This document shows, piece by piece, positions 35,533-48,624 of a stretch of DNA of 64,000 bases; position 1 is the first letter of the stretch, and every line of letters starts with the position of its first letter. A program made the translations under genes and the position numbers. The stretch comes from Chlorokybus atmophyticus (Eukaryota; Plantae; Mesostigma and Chlorokybus algae). The notes under the pieces were generated by a model. That model searched no databases, was not told the DNA's origin, and saw only the letters and a program-made list of their open reading frames with translations. Location of the stretch: NCBI GenBank assembly GCA_009103225.1, contig RHPI01000160.1, positions 49,377-113,376 on the forward strand, written 5' to 3'.

Positions 35533-38182
35533 ATGGCGGCGGCGGGGAGGGGGTCGGCGCACGGGGGGAGGACGGGGAGTGTGCTCTCCCTGCTGGTCTT
35601 CGTCCTCCTCTTCCTTCTCCTGCTGGCCGGGGCTGTGAGTGCCGTGCGGGAGGAGGTGGAGGAGGTGGAGGAGCTTGAGGCTGTGGGGACGCAGCAGGCG
35701 GCCGAGGCGGAGAGGGTGGCGGACATCAACGTCGACGTCGACGCGATTGACGATGCCGTTGTCGACCAGAAGAGGGCCTTGAGCAGGCGCCGCCCGCCGC
35801 CGCCCAGAGTCACTGTGGCGCCCCTCATCGGCATCCTCACCCAGCCCATGCCTGGTGAGCAGTAGGGGGAGTAAAGGGAGGGGGTAACTTATGGTGTGTG
35901 ATGGGTGTCCTTGATTGTCTCTGACATGCATGCATGCAAGTGTTGTTAGTGCTGCTGCTGCTGCTGGTGTTCTGTGTAACAGCAGCACACTGACCTGCCT
36001 TGCTTGCATGCATCATGCATGCTCTTTTTTGTGATCCAATCCCTCTCCTGGCCCTCCCTCGTGCACTCATGCACACTCATGCCCCCCCACCCCCACCCCC
36101 ACACACACACTGTTTCCCCCTCAGGCGACGAGAAGGAGCTGACGTACATCGCGGCCTCGTACGTCAAGTTCGTGGAGGCCGCCGGCGGGAGGGCCGTGCC
36201 CATATTCTTCTCCGCGCCGGAATGGGACATCAAGAGGGTGAGTGTGAGCTGTGAACACGACTCAATAATTTCTTGCTAGCATACACACCCACACCCACAA
36301 CACGCCCATCCTCCCCTGCAGCGCTTTGACGCCGTCAACGCCATCATATTCCCGGGGGGCGACGCTGCTTTGGAGCACGACTCGCCCTTCTACAAGACGG
36401 GACGCAAGCTCTTCAAGGTGCGTGTTGACATACCATGTGTCCTTGTTGTACCCTGCTCTTACACTAATGTTCTCTTCAATGCACGTGCCTACGACGCAGT
36501 TGGCTCAAGCTGCCAATGACCGCGGCGACTACTTCCCGATCCATGGCACCTGCCTGGGCTTTGAGCTCCTCATGACCATCGTCAGCAACGTGCGTGCGTA
36601 TCACATTGCGCTTCGTCGCTCATAGTGGCATAGAGTTGAGGTTCTTGTTGCTCAACCCTTTTGCGTGTGTGTGTCACTATTGTGTGCAGAAAAGCGTGGA
36701 CGATCTGTTTAGCAGGTTCCGAGCGGAGGATGATCCAGTACGTGCGTGCATATCTTGTTGCATGCGTGGGCAAATGTGTGTCATCGTGATTGCAAGGGAT
36801 TACATGTACTCGGTTGTACAACAACATCCTGACTATGTTGATGGTGTTTTGCTGTGGCAGGCCCCACTCGTGTTTCTGCCTGAGTCAGTGGACTGCACCT
36901 TCTTGAGCCAGTACGTGTGTAGTTGCTGGAGAAGCTGCTGCATACTGTACACATACTGTGAAAGCATGGCATGAATAAACAATTATGCGTGCACACGTCG
37001 GTTGCAGCCTCCCACGGGACCTGCTGGAGAAAATCAGCGGCCAGGCGCTTGCCATGGAAAATCATGAGGTGATGGCATAACAACGTATGCAGTAAATACG
37101 TAATTTGATAAACGCATATCATTAGGTGATCAATGTGCACAAGAACGCGTTTTCTTTCTCTTTGTTGAGTTGAGAGAAAGCATTCATTGCTCGTAGAGCG
37201 ATGTATTGTATGCACACGCCAGCGCACTCAACATGTTGCAGGAACAACTCAACCTGTGCATGGAGGCAAGCCAACTCAGGTTGAAACAGCTCTCTTGTCC
37301 ACTTGCAGTCCGGCATCTCCATCACGAAGTTCGCCAATGACCCGAACCTGAGACAGTTTTTCCAGGCTCTCACTGTCTCCAGAGACTTAGACGACAAGGT
37401 CAGGACGTGCACATGTACATCGCATGCACAGCATATCCCTCTAACAACACTGCTGTCCATGTGCCTTTTTTTCCTTTCAGTGGTATGTGTCCTCGGTGGA
37501 AGCTTACGACTATCCTTTTACCGGAACTCAGTGGCACCCCGAGGTAATGTGTGCACGCGCATGCGCATGCATCTGACACGGCTGACACAACATGTACATC
37601 TCATTGTAAACTCAAGAACGTAGTAGCGCTGACGGAGACTGAGCCGTGGTGGCTGTGGCAGAAAAATGCTTTTGAATTTGGTTTGGAACACATTCCGCAC
37701 GGCGTGGAGGCGGTCAAACTCACGCAGGCCATCGCCAACTATATCATCTGGTACTTGTCAAGTAGTAACGTATGCGTCATCAGTGAAACAAGTAAAGTCG
37801 AGTACATGCTGACACCTGCACACAACACACCAGTGAGGCGAAGCGCAACAAGCACGCGCCTCGCAACCACACGGAGCTGCTCGACCTGGTGATCTACAAC
37901 TATCCAATCGAGTTCTCTGCACGCAAAGGGTGAGCCGATATGGCATGGCATGTATGCATCAAAAGCAGCCAGTGCGTCTGTAGTTGTATCCAACCTCGCA
38001 TGCACCCATGTCATGGACATGTGCACAGGAGTTCCCTGTGGCAGCGCTACTGGTTCAACCACACGGAGAAGCCGTGGGAATTCCGTGGTCATGACCAGCA
38101 GGAGATGGACGACGCACCGCGCAAAGACGCAAGCGAAATTTACCGCAAACATGTACAACAAGTCAACAGCGCCGTTGTCTAA
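35533..38182 (+). CDS. GGH: Gamma-glutamyl hydrolase (peptidase C26), 12 exons, N-terminal hydrophobic signal
   Basis: Exons by eye: 35533-35854, 36125-36237, 36322-36417, 36500-36589, 36690-36737, 36861-36910, 37008-37068, 37309-37398, 37481-37543, 37662-37750, 37834-37929, 38029-38182. Motifs PLIGILTQP, YIAASYVKFVEAAGGRAVPI, IFPGG, FPIHGTCLGFELL (catalytic Cys), GTQWHPEKNAFEF (His/Glu). Confidence 0.93.
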
Positions 38183-40319
38183 GAACAGCCACAGAGAGTG
38201 AGAAGAGAAGCGCAGTCTACTGCATGTGTGCAACACAGCACGTGGGGTGTACACAAAGCTGGAGACGTAGTGTGGGGGTGTGGGTTGGGGTCCCTCTTTG
38301 ACCCGGTGTGTCTCCTTGTATATACGTGAGTTGTGTAGGGTAAGAAGTTCGTTGCGGATCATGTAGGCTTGCGTGTGAAACGCTATGCATGTGAAACTTG
38401 CCTGAGTTTGTTTGACGAATCTCAAATGAAACCAAGCCTAGGTGTGGGTCTGCATTGGTGTCTTGGGTAAAAGAGCAAACTGCCGGAGAGTATCTCTGCA
38501 CATAAAGTGACTGCCGAACCCAACTGAACAGAAAATCACTTGTTTGTTTATGTCATGAAAGTAGAGCAACATGTCGCGGGCTTTGTGGTAACCAGTCAAC
38601 AACACAACCACGAGGATGTCACCAAAGATGTCCAAGCGATAAGTCATTCAGTGTGAGGAGGACAAGAGGGTGGAGGTGGCCAAGGAGGAGGAGGAGGAGG
38701 AGCTGCTGCTGGCAGAGGAGGAAAAGGAGGCTGATGCAATGCAGGTTCGTCTACAAAAAAGGCCTATTTGCGGAAGTGTCGGTCAGTGGTTCTTGCTAGA
38801 CAGTGCATTCCACTTGTGCTTTGGGTACTACAATCGTTGCCCAACGAAGTTGTGCAACAACAATAATAATGAGCTATGCATAAGTGCGCACATGCAAGCA
38901 CGCATTGGCATACAAGCATGCGCACACACGCTCACGCATATGCTCAGGCAGACAAGTGCACCTCGCACATGCACATGTGCACAAACACACGCGCATGCAC
39001 TTACACGATCAGCGCGCATGAATGCGCTCACACGCGCACGCACGCACGCACCGTCCGTGTTATCCTAGCTGGACGCTGCTGCTTAAGCAGTGTGATGGTC
39101 TTACACTCACACTCGCATGCAGCTTGTAGCACGCGAAGCTTGCACAACATCCCCACACTCTCGCACCCGAAGACTCCGACCAGACGTCCTCTTCCTGGCC
39201 CGAAGCCGCCGATCACTCACTCACGGGACGACGACGATGGGGACGATGATCATGAAGAAGGTAGTGTTTCAAGCCAAGTTGACCTGACGTCGAGCCGACG
39301 AGTTGAGAACGTCGCCAAGCATGCACAACAATGACAACAACAACAACAGGAAGAGGAGAGAGAAGGACGCAGTCTCTCCCCTAGCTGCCTTGTAAGTGGT
39401 AAGGCTCAAGCAGATGAACAGCATACACAGCAAGTACAACTCAATGATAACAATGACAACACTATCAGGCGGAGGATGCGGAGAGCGTGCAAGCTGAGTC
39501 ACGCGCGGGGGAGCGTTGGAAAGTGGCGACGGACGTGCCACGGTGCTCGCATACGCCATCGCGTCGGCCTCGACCGACAGGTGACATGCGGTAGAAGTGG
39601 CACGTGTTGGTTTGGTTTGGCTCGTTGAATTGGTTGTTGGTTGGTTCATGTGGATGTTTTGTTTGTTTCGTCACAGGTCACAAGAACGGCATGCACGCTT
39701 GCTGTAGTGGAGACGGCGGGTGCTGAATCAAACATGCTCGGCATCCACCCGCAACGAGCATGGCACACCTCTGATGCGTGCGTGCGCGTGTGCGCGCATG
39801 ATGTTGTGTATGTGTGTGTGCGCGCAGACGTGTGTGCGCGTGCGTACGTGTGTTCACGTGTGCGCATGTGTCCTCCGCACACAAGCGCGCATGTGCGTAT
39901 GTCCGTGTGTGTCTATGTTCACACGTGTCGTTGAGTGCTACCATCGTCATCAGGTGGTGTCGTTGCCCTCGTCCGGTCACGCGCTTGCCGTGGGCATGCA
40001 TGTCGCGTGGGGACGATCCTCGTGTCCCGCAGTGGTTGCCATGGACTTCAGCTACCAGGTGAGTGGCTCCTTCGTGGCTACGCCAATGTGCGTGTGTGCG
40101 TGTGCTTGCGTGCTACCCGTTGTTCAAACTCGCAGTGCGACTCGCTGAACTGCTGCTTTACTGCGTGTAGCCTCAGCAGAGCAACTCCAGCAGCACCAAA
40201 GTGTCTGTCAGGGAAAGGAACTCCAAGGAGTTTACGAGTCTGCAACTGATGCAGGTGTGCACTGTTTGCTATGCGCAAACCAGCAACACCATTCGCATGT
40301 GTGCCAGAGGCTCACACGT

Positions 40320-40872
40320 GACGCAGGAGTTGAAGGAAGACACCGGCCCTGTGTGGAGCATGAAGTCTAGTTTGCATGGGCAGTATCTAGCCAGTGCAGG
40401 GCAGGATTTTGTGGTGTGAGGATGTGGTCCGTTGCGTATCGATCTCCTCTGTTTGGACGAGGACGACACGCAGGCCACACAGAGGCGGCAACTGCTAACC
40501 AGCAAAACTAAACTCGGTACAAACAGGTTGGCTACCTGTGTTCTGGGTCGACTTGTTGGTATGCATCGCAGAGCTTCCCGAGTTCGCGCACAGCATGCAT
40601 CTCACGAGACCACTCATTGCATGCAGGGCAGTCCAGGGAGCAGTGAGCACTTGCAGTTTGCGGAAGAGCCTCATCATGTTTACATTGGCTGCAAAGCTGA
40701 TGTGCTGGACTTATGCTGGTCCAAGACTGACTTCTTGCTTTCTGCGTCAATGGACCAAACCGCGAGGTCATGGCACATTTTCTTCTAAGAGTGTCTGCAC
40801 ATCTTCACGCACAACGACCTTGTCATGGCGGTCAACTTCAACCCAGTTGACGACAAGTACTTCTTATCTGGC
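40320..40872 (+). pseudogene. WDR44-like WD40-repeat pseudogene fragment
   Basis: TGPVWSMKSSLHGQYLASAGQD, ADVLDLCWSKTDFLLSASMDQTARSWH, HNDLVMAVNFNPVDDKYFLSG; in-frame stops; truncated by a LINE fragment. Acidic pieces at 38670-39360 may be its N-terminus. Confidence 0.8.
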
Positions 40873-40974
40873 ATGCGACCCCTTCCTATCCGGCTCGAAG
40901 GATGGGGTCGCGCCCAAAGTTTGTCACAGTTCCAGATACATTGGGTGTGGGTTCGCCGAGCACAAGGGGCCGGT

Positions 40975-41260
40975 TTGGATGAATATATCACACTGGTGCC
41001 AATTGGCGGTTGTGATGTGTAATGTCCAATGCTACCCTGCTTAAACACAATCATACAGTGGGCTGTACACAAGCAACGTCCTCAAGCGCTACATGCTGTC
41101 TGTTGTGTACACGCAAGGAGGGGGCTGCATGCACAACAGCTGCAGCTGGAGCCATATCGGTCGTGGCCTGCGCGCTGGTTTGGTCTGGTGGGCAAGGCCG
41201 CGGATGAGCAGATTCGCGCAGCAGAGGCGGCGGGCCAAGCCGCGTTCTCCCAATGCATTA
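40975..41260 (-). mobile_element. CRE-like LINE 3' fragment (copy A)
   Basis: Roughly 80% similar by eye to 42975-43200. Confidence 0.7.
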
Positions 41261-41617
41261 GCGACAACCAGGTCATCACAGGCGGGTACATGAAAACATC
41301 ACTAAACTTGCAAATGTTGGGCTTCCACATATGCTGTGACAGTGGCATGCATGCCTTCCAGTGTTGACAACATATCACCATTGCATGTACTTTCGTATGG
41401 ACGTGTGCGGAGGTGTGTGCATACGTAGCAAGGGTTAAGCGTGTGGCTTTCTTACAAGAACAATCAATTTAAATCAATCAATACATTACATGGGCAACAC
41501 GGTCCATCGAGTCATACTCATGCTAACAGCCCTTTGGCAGCTTTCAACAGCCACAATTACGCAAGCACATCCAAAGTCAACACAGCCACGTCCGCCAGTG
41601 CCGTCAATGTCGTGGGG

Positions 41618-42900
41618 TCAGACTCCTCGAGCACGGATTGCAGCGGATGCAAATGCCAACAACGCAGAAGCCAGCGCTCGCTGCAGCACAACGGCCACGC
41701 GGTACCGGTACTGCGTCACAAACCGGGACAGGTAGCGAGCCTCTAGACATCGACCCTCGATCACACGACGCGCGCATTGTGATATCACACCCGCCAGAGG
41801 CTCGCCCATCAAGCCGTATATCTTCAATGCCAGCGGTATGGATGTGTCCGTTGGGTGACAATCGCTGTACTTCGCGCGCTTCGCCTGCTCTGCTGCCCGC
41901 GCACCAGCACACGGTAAAGCACGAGTGAGTGTGATGGAGACATCCAACAGTAGACACGTCACGACCCATTTCCGCAGCCACGATGTCTATATGACGTCGA
42001 CCGCCGCGGTGAGGATGGGCGCGAGTATATGTGCTTAGCGGGGGGGTTCCACATTGGCGCAATTAGTTTGGGCTGATTTGTAACATTTGTAAAGTTGCGG
42101 CATTCTGCCACGCTGCGAAAAAGCTGCCTTTATATGCGGATCTATCACGTTCAAAATATGAAATTGAAAGATGAATGCTGGTTGCCCTTCTGCTGATTGC
42201 ATCATTCATACATCACAGTGGACATGTCTCTGTTGAGCCAACAAATGGCTGCACTGCTGATCAATCGTGTGGTTGTTCTGCCCATGCCAGTTTCTTGACC
42301 TGGTGTGCATCGGATATGAGGCAACATGCTAGTTGATGTTGTACAGCTGGCCGGTGGTATCAGTGATAGCGTTCAACGCAAGTTGTGGTACAATAAAAAT
42401 GGACATTGTGCTGTGTCTGACTCTGTTTTGGCAATGAAAGGAGATAGAGAGTCGTGACTGGTCAGCTGTGCTATTCGATAGGAGGTGCACTGGGAGGCAT
42501 CCGAGCTTACTCTATTGCCAGTGTGTCGGTTATGCTCTGCAGCGCAGGCACCGTGCACCAGCTGTAGACGCCTTTCCTGGCTGGCAGCTTCTGCAAATGA
42601 CGCATAACCACTGTCGCCAACGCATTGCGGCAGCTGCATCTCAAGGGATCTCTCAAGCTAGCAGTGCAGGCAGCCTATGGCACGCCGTGCTGTTTGTACT
42701 AAGCCCGCTGTTCAGCTCAAACAACTGCCATATGTAAGCAACATGCCAAGCATGACGACGCACAGTGCTGACTATTGGCAGCACCATGGCACTGTAGGAC
42801 GGCGCTGACATGGTGTTGCAAATACTTCGACGCACCAGCCTGCTCCAACAGCTATCGGTCGTGCCACTCGTGAAGAGGAGCATTCCGCTATAATTACACT
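41618..42900 (-). mobile_element. CRE-like non-LTR retrotransposon 3' remnant with restriction-like endonuclease (copy B, more diverged)
   Basis: RHIDIVAAEMGRDVSTV; ARAAEQAKRAKY..IPLALKIYGLMG..YRYRVAVVLQRALA, typical of REL-domain C-termini. Confidence 0.7.
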
Positions 42901-42974
42901 GTATTCCGCTACCGGAGCTATGTGTGTGACATAGTGAAACGCAGCATTTTAAACGCTCCTTTAGAGAATGATAA

Positions 42975-44640
42975 AAAATGAATATATAACACAGGTGCCC
43001 ATTGGCGGTTGTATAGTGTCCAGCGCTACCCTACATAAACACAATTATATAGTGGGCTGTACACGAGCAACGTCCTCAAGCGCTACATGTTGTCTATTGT
43101 ATACACGCAAAGAGAGGGCTGCGTGCACTGCAGCTATGGCTAGAGCCATAATGGTTGTGGCCTGCGCGCGCTAAAACATGACAGATGTGCGCTGGCGGAA
43201 GGCAGTCACAAAGCGTAATAGAGACCGCGTCTTCAACTCAAGAGCATTCAATGCTCGGCTCGCACAAGCGGGCAACAAGTCCAACCACGGACGACCCATC
43301 CAACCGTGCGACTTGATCGCTAATGGGATTAGCATGCTTGTCGGAAAATGGTCCAAGTACTTTAAGCGCATCCCGCGCTCCGCACTCTGTGCAGCTGCTC
43401 ACGCTAGGTGATGGCTGCCGGTGATGGTGACGTCGCGAGTCTTGACCCCACTCTGAGGCAACGATGTCGATACGACGTCCCTGACGGTCACCCTCTCGGA
43501 TAGGCAATACCCCTATTTACTTGCAATGGACGGTGTAGCTCGCCTCCCGCATGACGTCACTAATAACAACAGAGTCGCGCACAGCATTGTGTATCACAAT
43601 GCGATGGCCGTGGCGCATACAAGATGTCATATCCACGTGTCGGGCACTGATGCTGATAACCACATGAACAAAGCTGCACGTGTGTCAGGTGTGGGTCTGG
43701 CCAACCAAGCAGGTGGCGCATGGCTGTGCAGAACTTAAAGTTTGAGAAGCGGTCATCCGGGCGCGCAGGAACAGCCATTAACCCAACCAACCAAGTACCT
43801 GCGCCTCCTCCCGTAGCTGTCTGCAAGCGAGCAGCGTCCGCGACATATATCAATGCCAACTCTTCCTGTAGCTGAGCGTGAGCTGTGGTGTCGATGGCTG
43901 TGGAGGTCCTGCTGCAAACGCAGACTCTGTAACATCGTGAAAGCACCCAAAGACTCTGGTGCGAAGTGTGGTGCTGCAGCTGAGCAGTCCCAACACGCAA
44001 TCGTCGCTGGAAGGGGAGAATGGTCAAAGGGCCAGAAGCGGTGACGACGGCAAAAGTAAGTAAGTAAGGTTGGAGTCGAGCATAGACCCCACTGATGCAA
44101 AGTGACGGATGAGGACAAACGCCGCTAGAGTCTTAACGCCTCTGTCTTGCTTGCTTGCATTGCTTTGGGTCGGGCGTTGTGCGGCGGTTGCTGGACGGCG
44201 TAAAAACCGCCTTCCCACGCCCTGGTAATGGCAGATCGCCTCCAATTGGCGTGTTCACCGGCAAGCGGCTGCAGGAAGTATGGATCTGGTCCACGGAATG
44301 AAGGACCGCCTAGCTGCTGGCCGCTTGAGGCCAAGCGGCAAGTCGAGTCCAGCCTGGCCTACTGCTCTGGCTACCTGCCGCTTGCGCCAAGCATTGACCA
44401 GCAGCAACCTGTCAGCCGGTTTGCGCTTGGGACGGGCGTTTCAGCTGGGGCGTTGAGCGGCTGTTGCTGGAGGAGTGTTGCACACTCCTGTAAACAAGTA
44501 CACACTGTGTGTACCTGTTTACACATGGAATGGCAAGCACGAGGCCTGCGGCGCTGCGGCAAGAGTGACTTGCTTGGCAGATTGTCAAGGTGGGTTCTTG
44601 TGCAAGCCACGACTCCTTGATTCACAAGGTAGCAGCATCA
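42975..44640 (-). mobile_element. CRE-like non-LTR retrotransposon 3' remnant (copy C)
   Basis: GTWLVGLMAVPARPDDRFSNFKFCTAMRHLLGWP..CSCG; RRIDIVA (43457-43477); RLKY..IPLAIKSHGWMG..FRQRTSVMF*RAQA. Confidence 0.75.
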
Positions 44641-44752
44641 TAAGCATTTACGCCAGCATTGCGGAAGACAAGTTCTGGTAGACCTTAATAAATACAAGCG
44701 AGCAGGTGTAGACTAAGGCGTAAACGTATTCAACATGCACTGCCTTGACACC

Positions 44753-45065
44753 ACCCGCGACCTGTTGGCCACTTGTGCGCGCCGAGCATTGGATGCTCGT
44801 GAGTTAGAGACGCGGTATCTATCACGCTTTGTGACTGCCTTACGCTAATGCATATCTGTCACGTTCCAGCGCGCGCAGGCCACGGCCATTATGGCTCTAG
44901 CTGCAGCTGCAGTGCACGCAGCCCCCTCCTTGCGTGTACACGATGGACATCATGTAGCGCTTGAGGACATTGCTCATGTACAGCCCACTGTATGATTGTG
45001 TTTGAGTAGGGTAGTGTTGGACACTACACACGACAACCGCCAGCTGGCACCCGTGTAATGTACTC
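44753..45065 (+). mobile_element. 5'-truncated LINE copy (copy D) with a 25-bp target-site duplication
   Basis: Inverted homolog of ~42975-43270, flanked by identical ATTCAACATGCACTGCCTTGACACC at 44728-44752 and 45066-45090. Confidence 0.85.
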
Positions 45066-46229
45066 ATTCAACATGCACTGCCTTGACACCGCCATGCACG
45101 CTTGAGTAGTAAGCAAACGCCTGAGTCCGGAGTTCACGATTTGACGAGCGGGCAAGTTGTCTCTCAATCCTCCTTGCGACCTCGGTCAGTCCAGCTGTTC
45201 GATCATGCAGGGTCTGCATCAAAATCTATCCGCCAGAGTCTTGCTGACTGACGCTTGCTAGTATGGTTGATGCATGAGTCACTACATGAGTTATTGTAAA
45301 GAAAACCCAGACAGTAGGCTGGCGCTGCGCTTGATGACAACCGCATAGCAGCTAGGTTGATGCTGATGGCATAGCAGCTGTAGCGCATCCACCATGGCTG
45401 CCTGACTTCATTGAGGATCCACTAGCAGCAGAGTGCGTAAGGGCAATCACAGACATAGGCTTGGAGCGGTCGGACTCTCCTGATTTTGGGCGCAGATGAA
45501 CGCTTTCCAGATTTTCTTGAGTGGTGTCTGATTCTACTGTTTGTGTTGAGTTGTGCTTTTGTCTCATGCTGCTGTGTGCTGTTGTTGCTTGTGGCGAAGT
45601 TTACCAAACAGTAGCAGGACATCTATGACAACAGCATCATGGTGCACTGCTGTGCCCAAGCATGAGCCACCAAAACTGTGTATTGCCCTGCACAGGGCTA
45701 GCGGCTGCACAGCGGTACTAAGCTGGCGGCATGGTGACCAGCCACCCAACCGTGCAGCCAGATGTTGAGCTGGAGGGCAGAGGATTGTGATTTTCTGGTT
45801 GTGTGCGCATGATATGCTGCTTGTTGAAGCGGCGTGGCCCGGCAGGTCTTGCAAGCACTGTCCGTCAGGTTTTCGCCACATTGCAGCAACCAAACACGCT
45901 GCCAAACCCGCAAGACACGCATGCCTTGCTGTTGGAGGAAAGCGTGCACCGCATCGAGATGCACTGGCTGAGTGCTTTCCTTCGTGAACTGCAAGTAAGC
46001 ACAGAGCTGAAGTTGTTGCTGCAAGGTCTTTGGTCACCCTCTGCAAGCTCTGCAGGACGGACAGTTGGCTTGCACCGAAGAACAGTGCCGAGAGAAAATC
46101 ACATGCAGCAAAAGCGCAACACCGTCCTCTCTGCATGTGCTGTGGACGAACATCTTCAGGGTGCTGTGCACAGCGTTTATGCTGTTCCTGCCTTGCAATG
46201 GTGGTGGTGCTTGTGTATATGTCCATGGC

Positions 46230-48000
46230 CTTGACACGCTGACCTGTTTGCAGTCTTTGTTTGAGCAAGAGTGTTCAAGAGTGCGCAAGGAGTTTGCAGT
46301 GGAGTCGGATAGGCGTTGTGCAAGTCTGAAGGCAGAGTTGCTCACAAGCATTAGGCAGTGTATCAAGGACGCACACGCTGACAAGAACTGTGCAGCTGCT
46401 CGGCACAGGTGTCAGGCTCTCTTGATGACATTTCGCTGCGAAGCAATGGGCCCAAAACAGCTTGCTTACCAAGCTATACTAGAAGCAGACGTGACAGCTC
46501 TGACAGCAACCATGGAGGCAACGCGAGAGCGTATGGAGCGCGCTGCCTCCAATGAGAGGTTCTGTGACTTACACCAAACCAACGCTCATAGCCTCAGTCA
46601 GCACAACACTGTGTTTGCACGCAACGTCAAGAGCAGTATGAGGCTCAATTGGAGGCGAGAAGAAGGCAGCTAGAAACGGAGCACGAGCAACGTGAACAGG
46701 CTAGGAAGTAAGCCTCTTGCAAAAGCCTGACAAACAGGCAACCAACAGATGTACTACTCAAGTTGCACGCTCCTTCTGTAGGCGGCGCAAAGAACAGCGC
46801 TACAACGTGAAGCGGAAAGGCAGCAGCAAGAGCGGCAGCGTCAGCAACAGAAAGCAGCCCGAAAGTAAGTCTTTGGTCGAATTACCAACAGTAGTAAGTG
46901 TTTGCCATTGCACCTTGGTGTCTACTCTTGTCTAACTTATAAGGGGCAGGCAACAGGAAGAGCAGCAGTGCGCAGCGCGTGAGGCAGCACAACGCCCAGA
47001 ACGCATAGCGGACCGCGTTCTGTATGCCATAATCTGTGGAGGCAGCAAGCACCCCTTTCGTGATATGCTGGGTGTGTTATGGAGTGTTGACGTCGGCCAC
47101 CGCAAGTACGCTGTTGCCAGATGGCCTGTTGTAGAACATTCTTGGCAGAAGCGTGTTGTTTGGTCATTCATTGGTTAGAGAAGACCAGCCAAGCAGTCAC
47201 CGGTATTTGCATTCAACAGGTTTCAGCACAGGTTTGATGACCTTAGCTTTGGGTCAACAACCCTAGAGGAATACTCTCCAACCGCTGGTGCTGAATCGGG
47301 ACGTGAACCACTCTACCACTCGTGACATGGGCTGAGGTGAGTCGAAAAATTGTGGGGTCTTAGTTGGTGACTTGTTGCCGAGTGGCTTGAATGGGTGTGA
47401 ATGTTTGTCCTTGTAAAATAGGAGCTCGAGTACTCATTTCCCGTGCCGCAAGGAAAGTACCATGTCCACCTTCATTTCACCGAGGGTCATTTTGACTCAG
47501 TTGGCCGACGTGTCTTCAACGTCCTCCAAGGCCGTGAAGCTCGGACATCTTCCTGCATGTATGGATCCGCAGGCGGTGCACGCACAACCGTGGTCCTAAC
47601 TTTTGACATTCATGTGGACACGCTTTATATTGTTTTGGGTTTTAAGCCCATTGTGGGTAATGCTTGCATTTGTGGCGTTATGGTTGAGGCCTTGGAGCTC
47701 GAAATCCAAGACGATTGCGGACAGGTGTGTCAAATCCGTTGTCATAATCATGTTGGAAGTGTCACGTTTGCAGCTGAACTGTTATTGCAGTTTAAAGCAA
47801 GTGGACTTGCACTTGAAAGCCTGCATTTGTGCATAATGAGCTGGTTCAAATTCCTGTAGCTTAATGTCATGCTGCCTTGCTGCAGATCGCCAGCAATATA
47901 CTCGCGCAATCAATTGTGGCAACTCTGCAAGGCCACACATCGACCGGCTTGGTATTTTGTGGGCCGTGGACCCTGGACCCTCAAAGTAAGCTCATGTGCA
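46230..48000 (+). pseudogene. Coiled-coil plus malectin-domain pseudogene (one full domain and the start of a second)
   Basis: Coiled coil FEQECSRVRKEF.., then LYAIICGGSKHPFRDMLGVLWSVD, PQGKYHVHLHFTEGHFDSVGRRVFNV..YGSAGGARTTVVLTF..NACICGV, then RAINCGNSARPHIDRLGILWAVD; stops and frameshifts present. Confidence 0.7.
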
Positions 48001-48430
48001 TTGATGAGCTAATGCAATTGTAGCACTGCTCTGTTGACGATTGCGTGCTGGGCATGCGGTTATTACACAGAGGTGAGAGTTGGCCGGGAGGGGGCTTTAA
48101 TAAAAAGCAGCGGGCAGTTTACATTGCAAAGAGACTCTCTACCTCAGGTAGCGACATGGAAAGGTTCACATAGCTTGGGCTGTTCACTGCAAATGATTCT
48201 AACTCAAGCTCATGCTGCTACTTTTGCTGCATACATGACCAATGTTTCACCTGCTGCTGCTACAGACAGTTGTTGTGCTATATGTCTATCATAGATATAT
48301 GTCTATCATAGATATATGATAGATCAGCACAACTATGTGGTTGATGCCGTCAAGTGCTCCCAACATATGACAATATAAGCTCTGCCACTTAATCTTTTGC
48401 TTTGTTCATCACCCGGGGGGGGGGGGGGGG

Positions 48431-48624
48431 NNNNNNNNNNNNNNNNNNNNNNNNNNNNNNNNNNNNNNNNNNNNNNNNNNNNNNNNNNNNNNNNNNNNNN
48501 NNNNNNNNNNNNNNNNNNNNNNNNNNNNNNNNNNNNNNNNNNNNNNNNNNNNNNNNNNNNNNNNNNNNNNNNNNNNNNNNNNNNNNNNNNNNNNNNNNNN
48601 NNNNNNNNNNNNNNNNNNNNNNNN
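48431..48624. other. Assembly gap flanked by poly-G
   Basis: N run. Confidence 0.98.
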
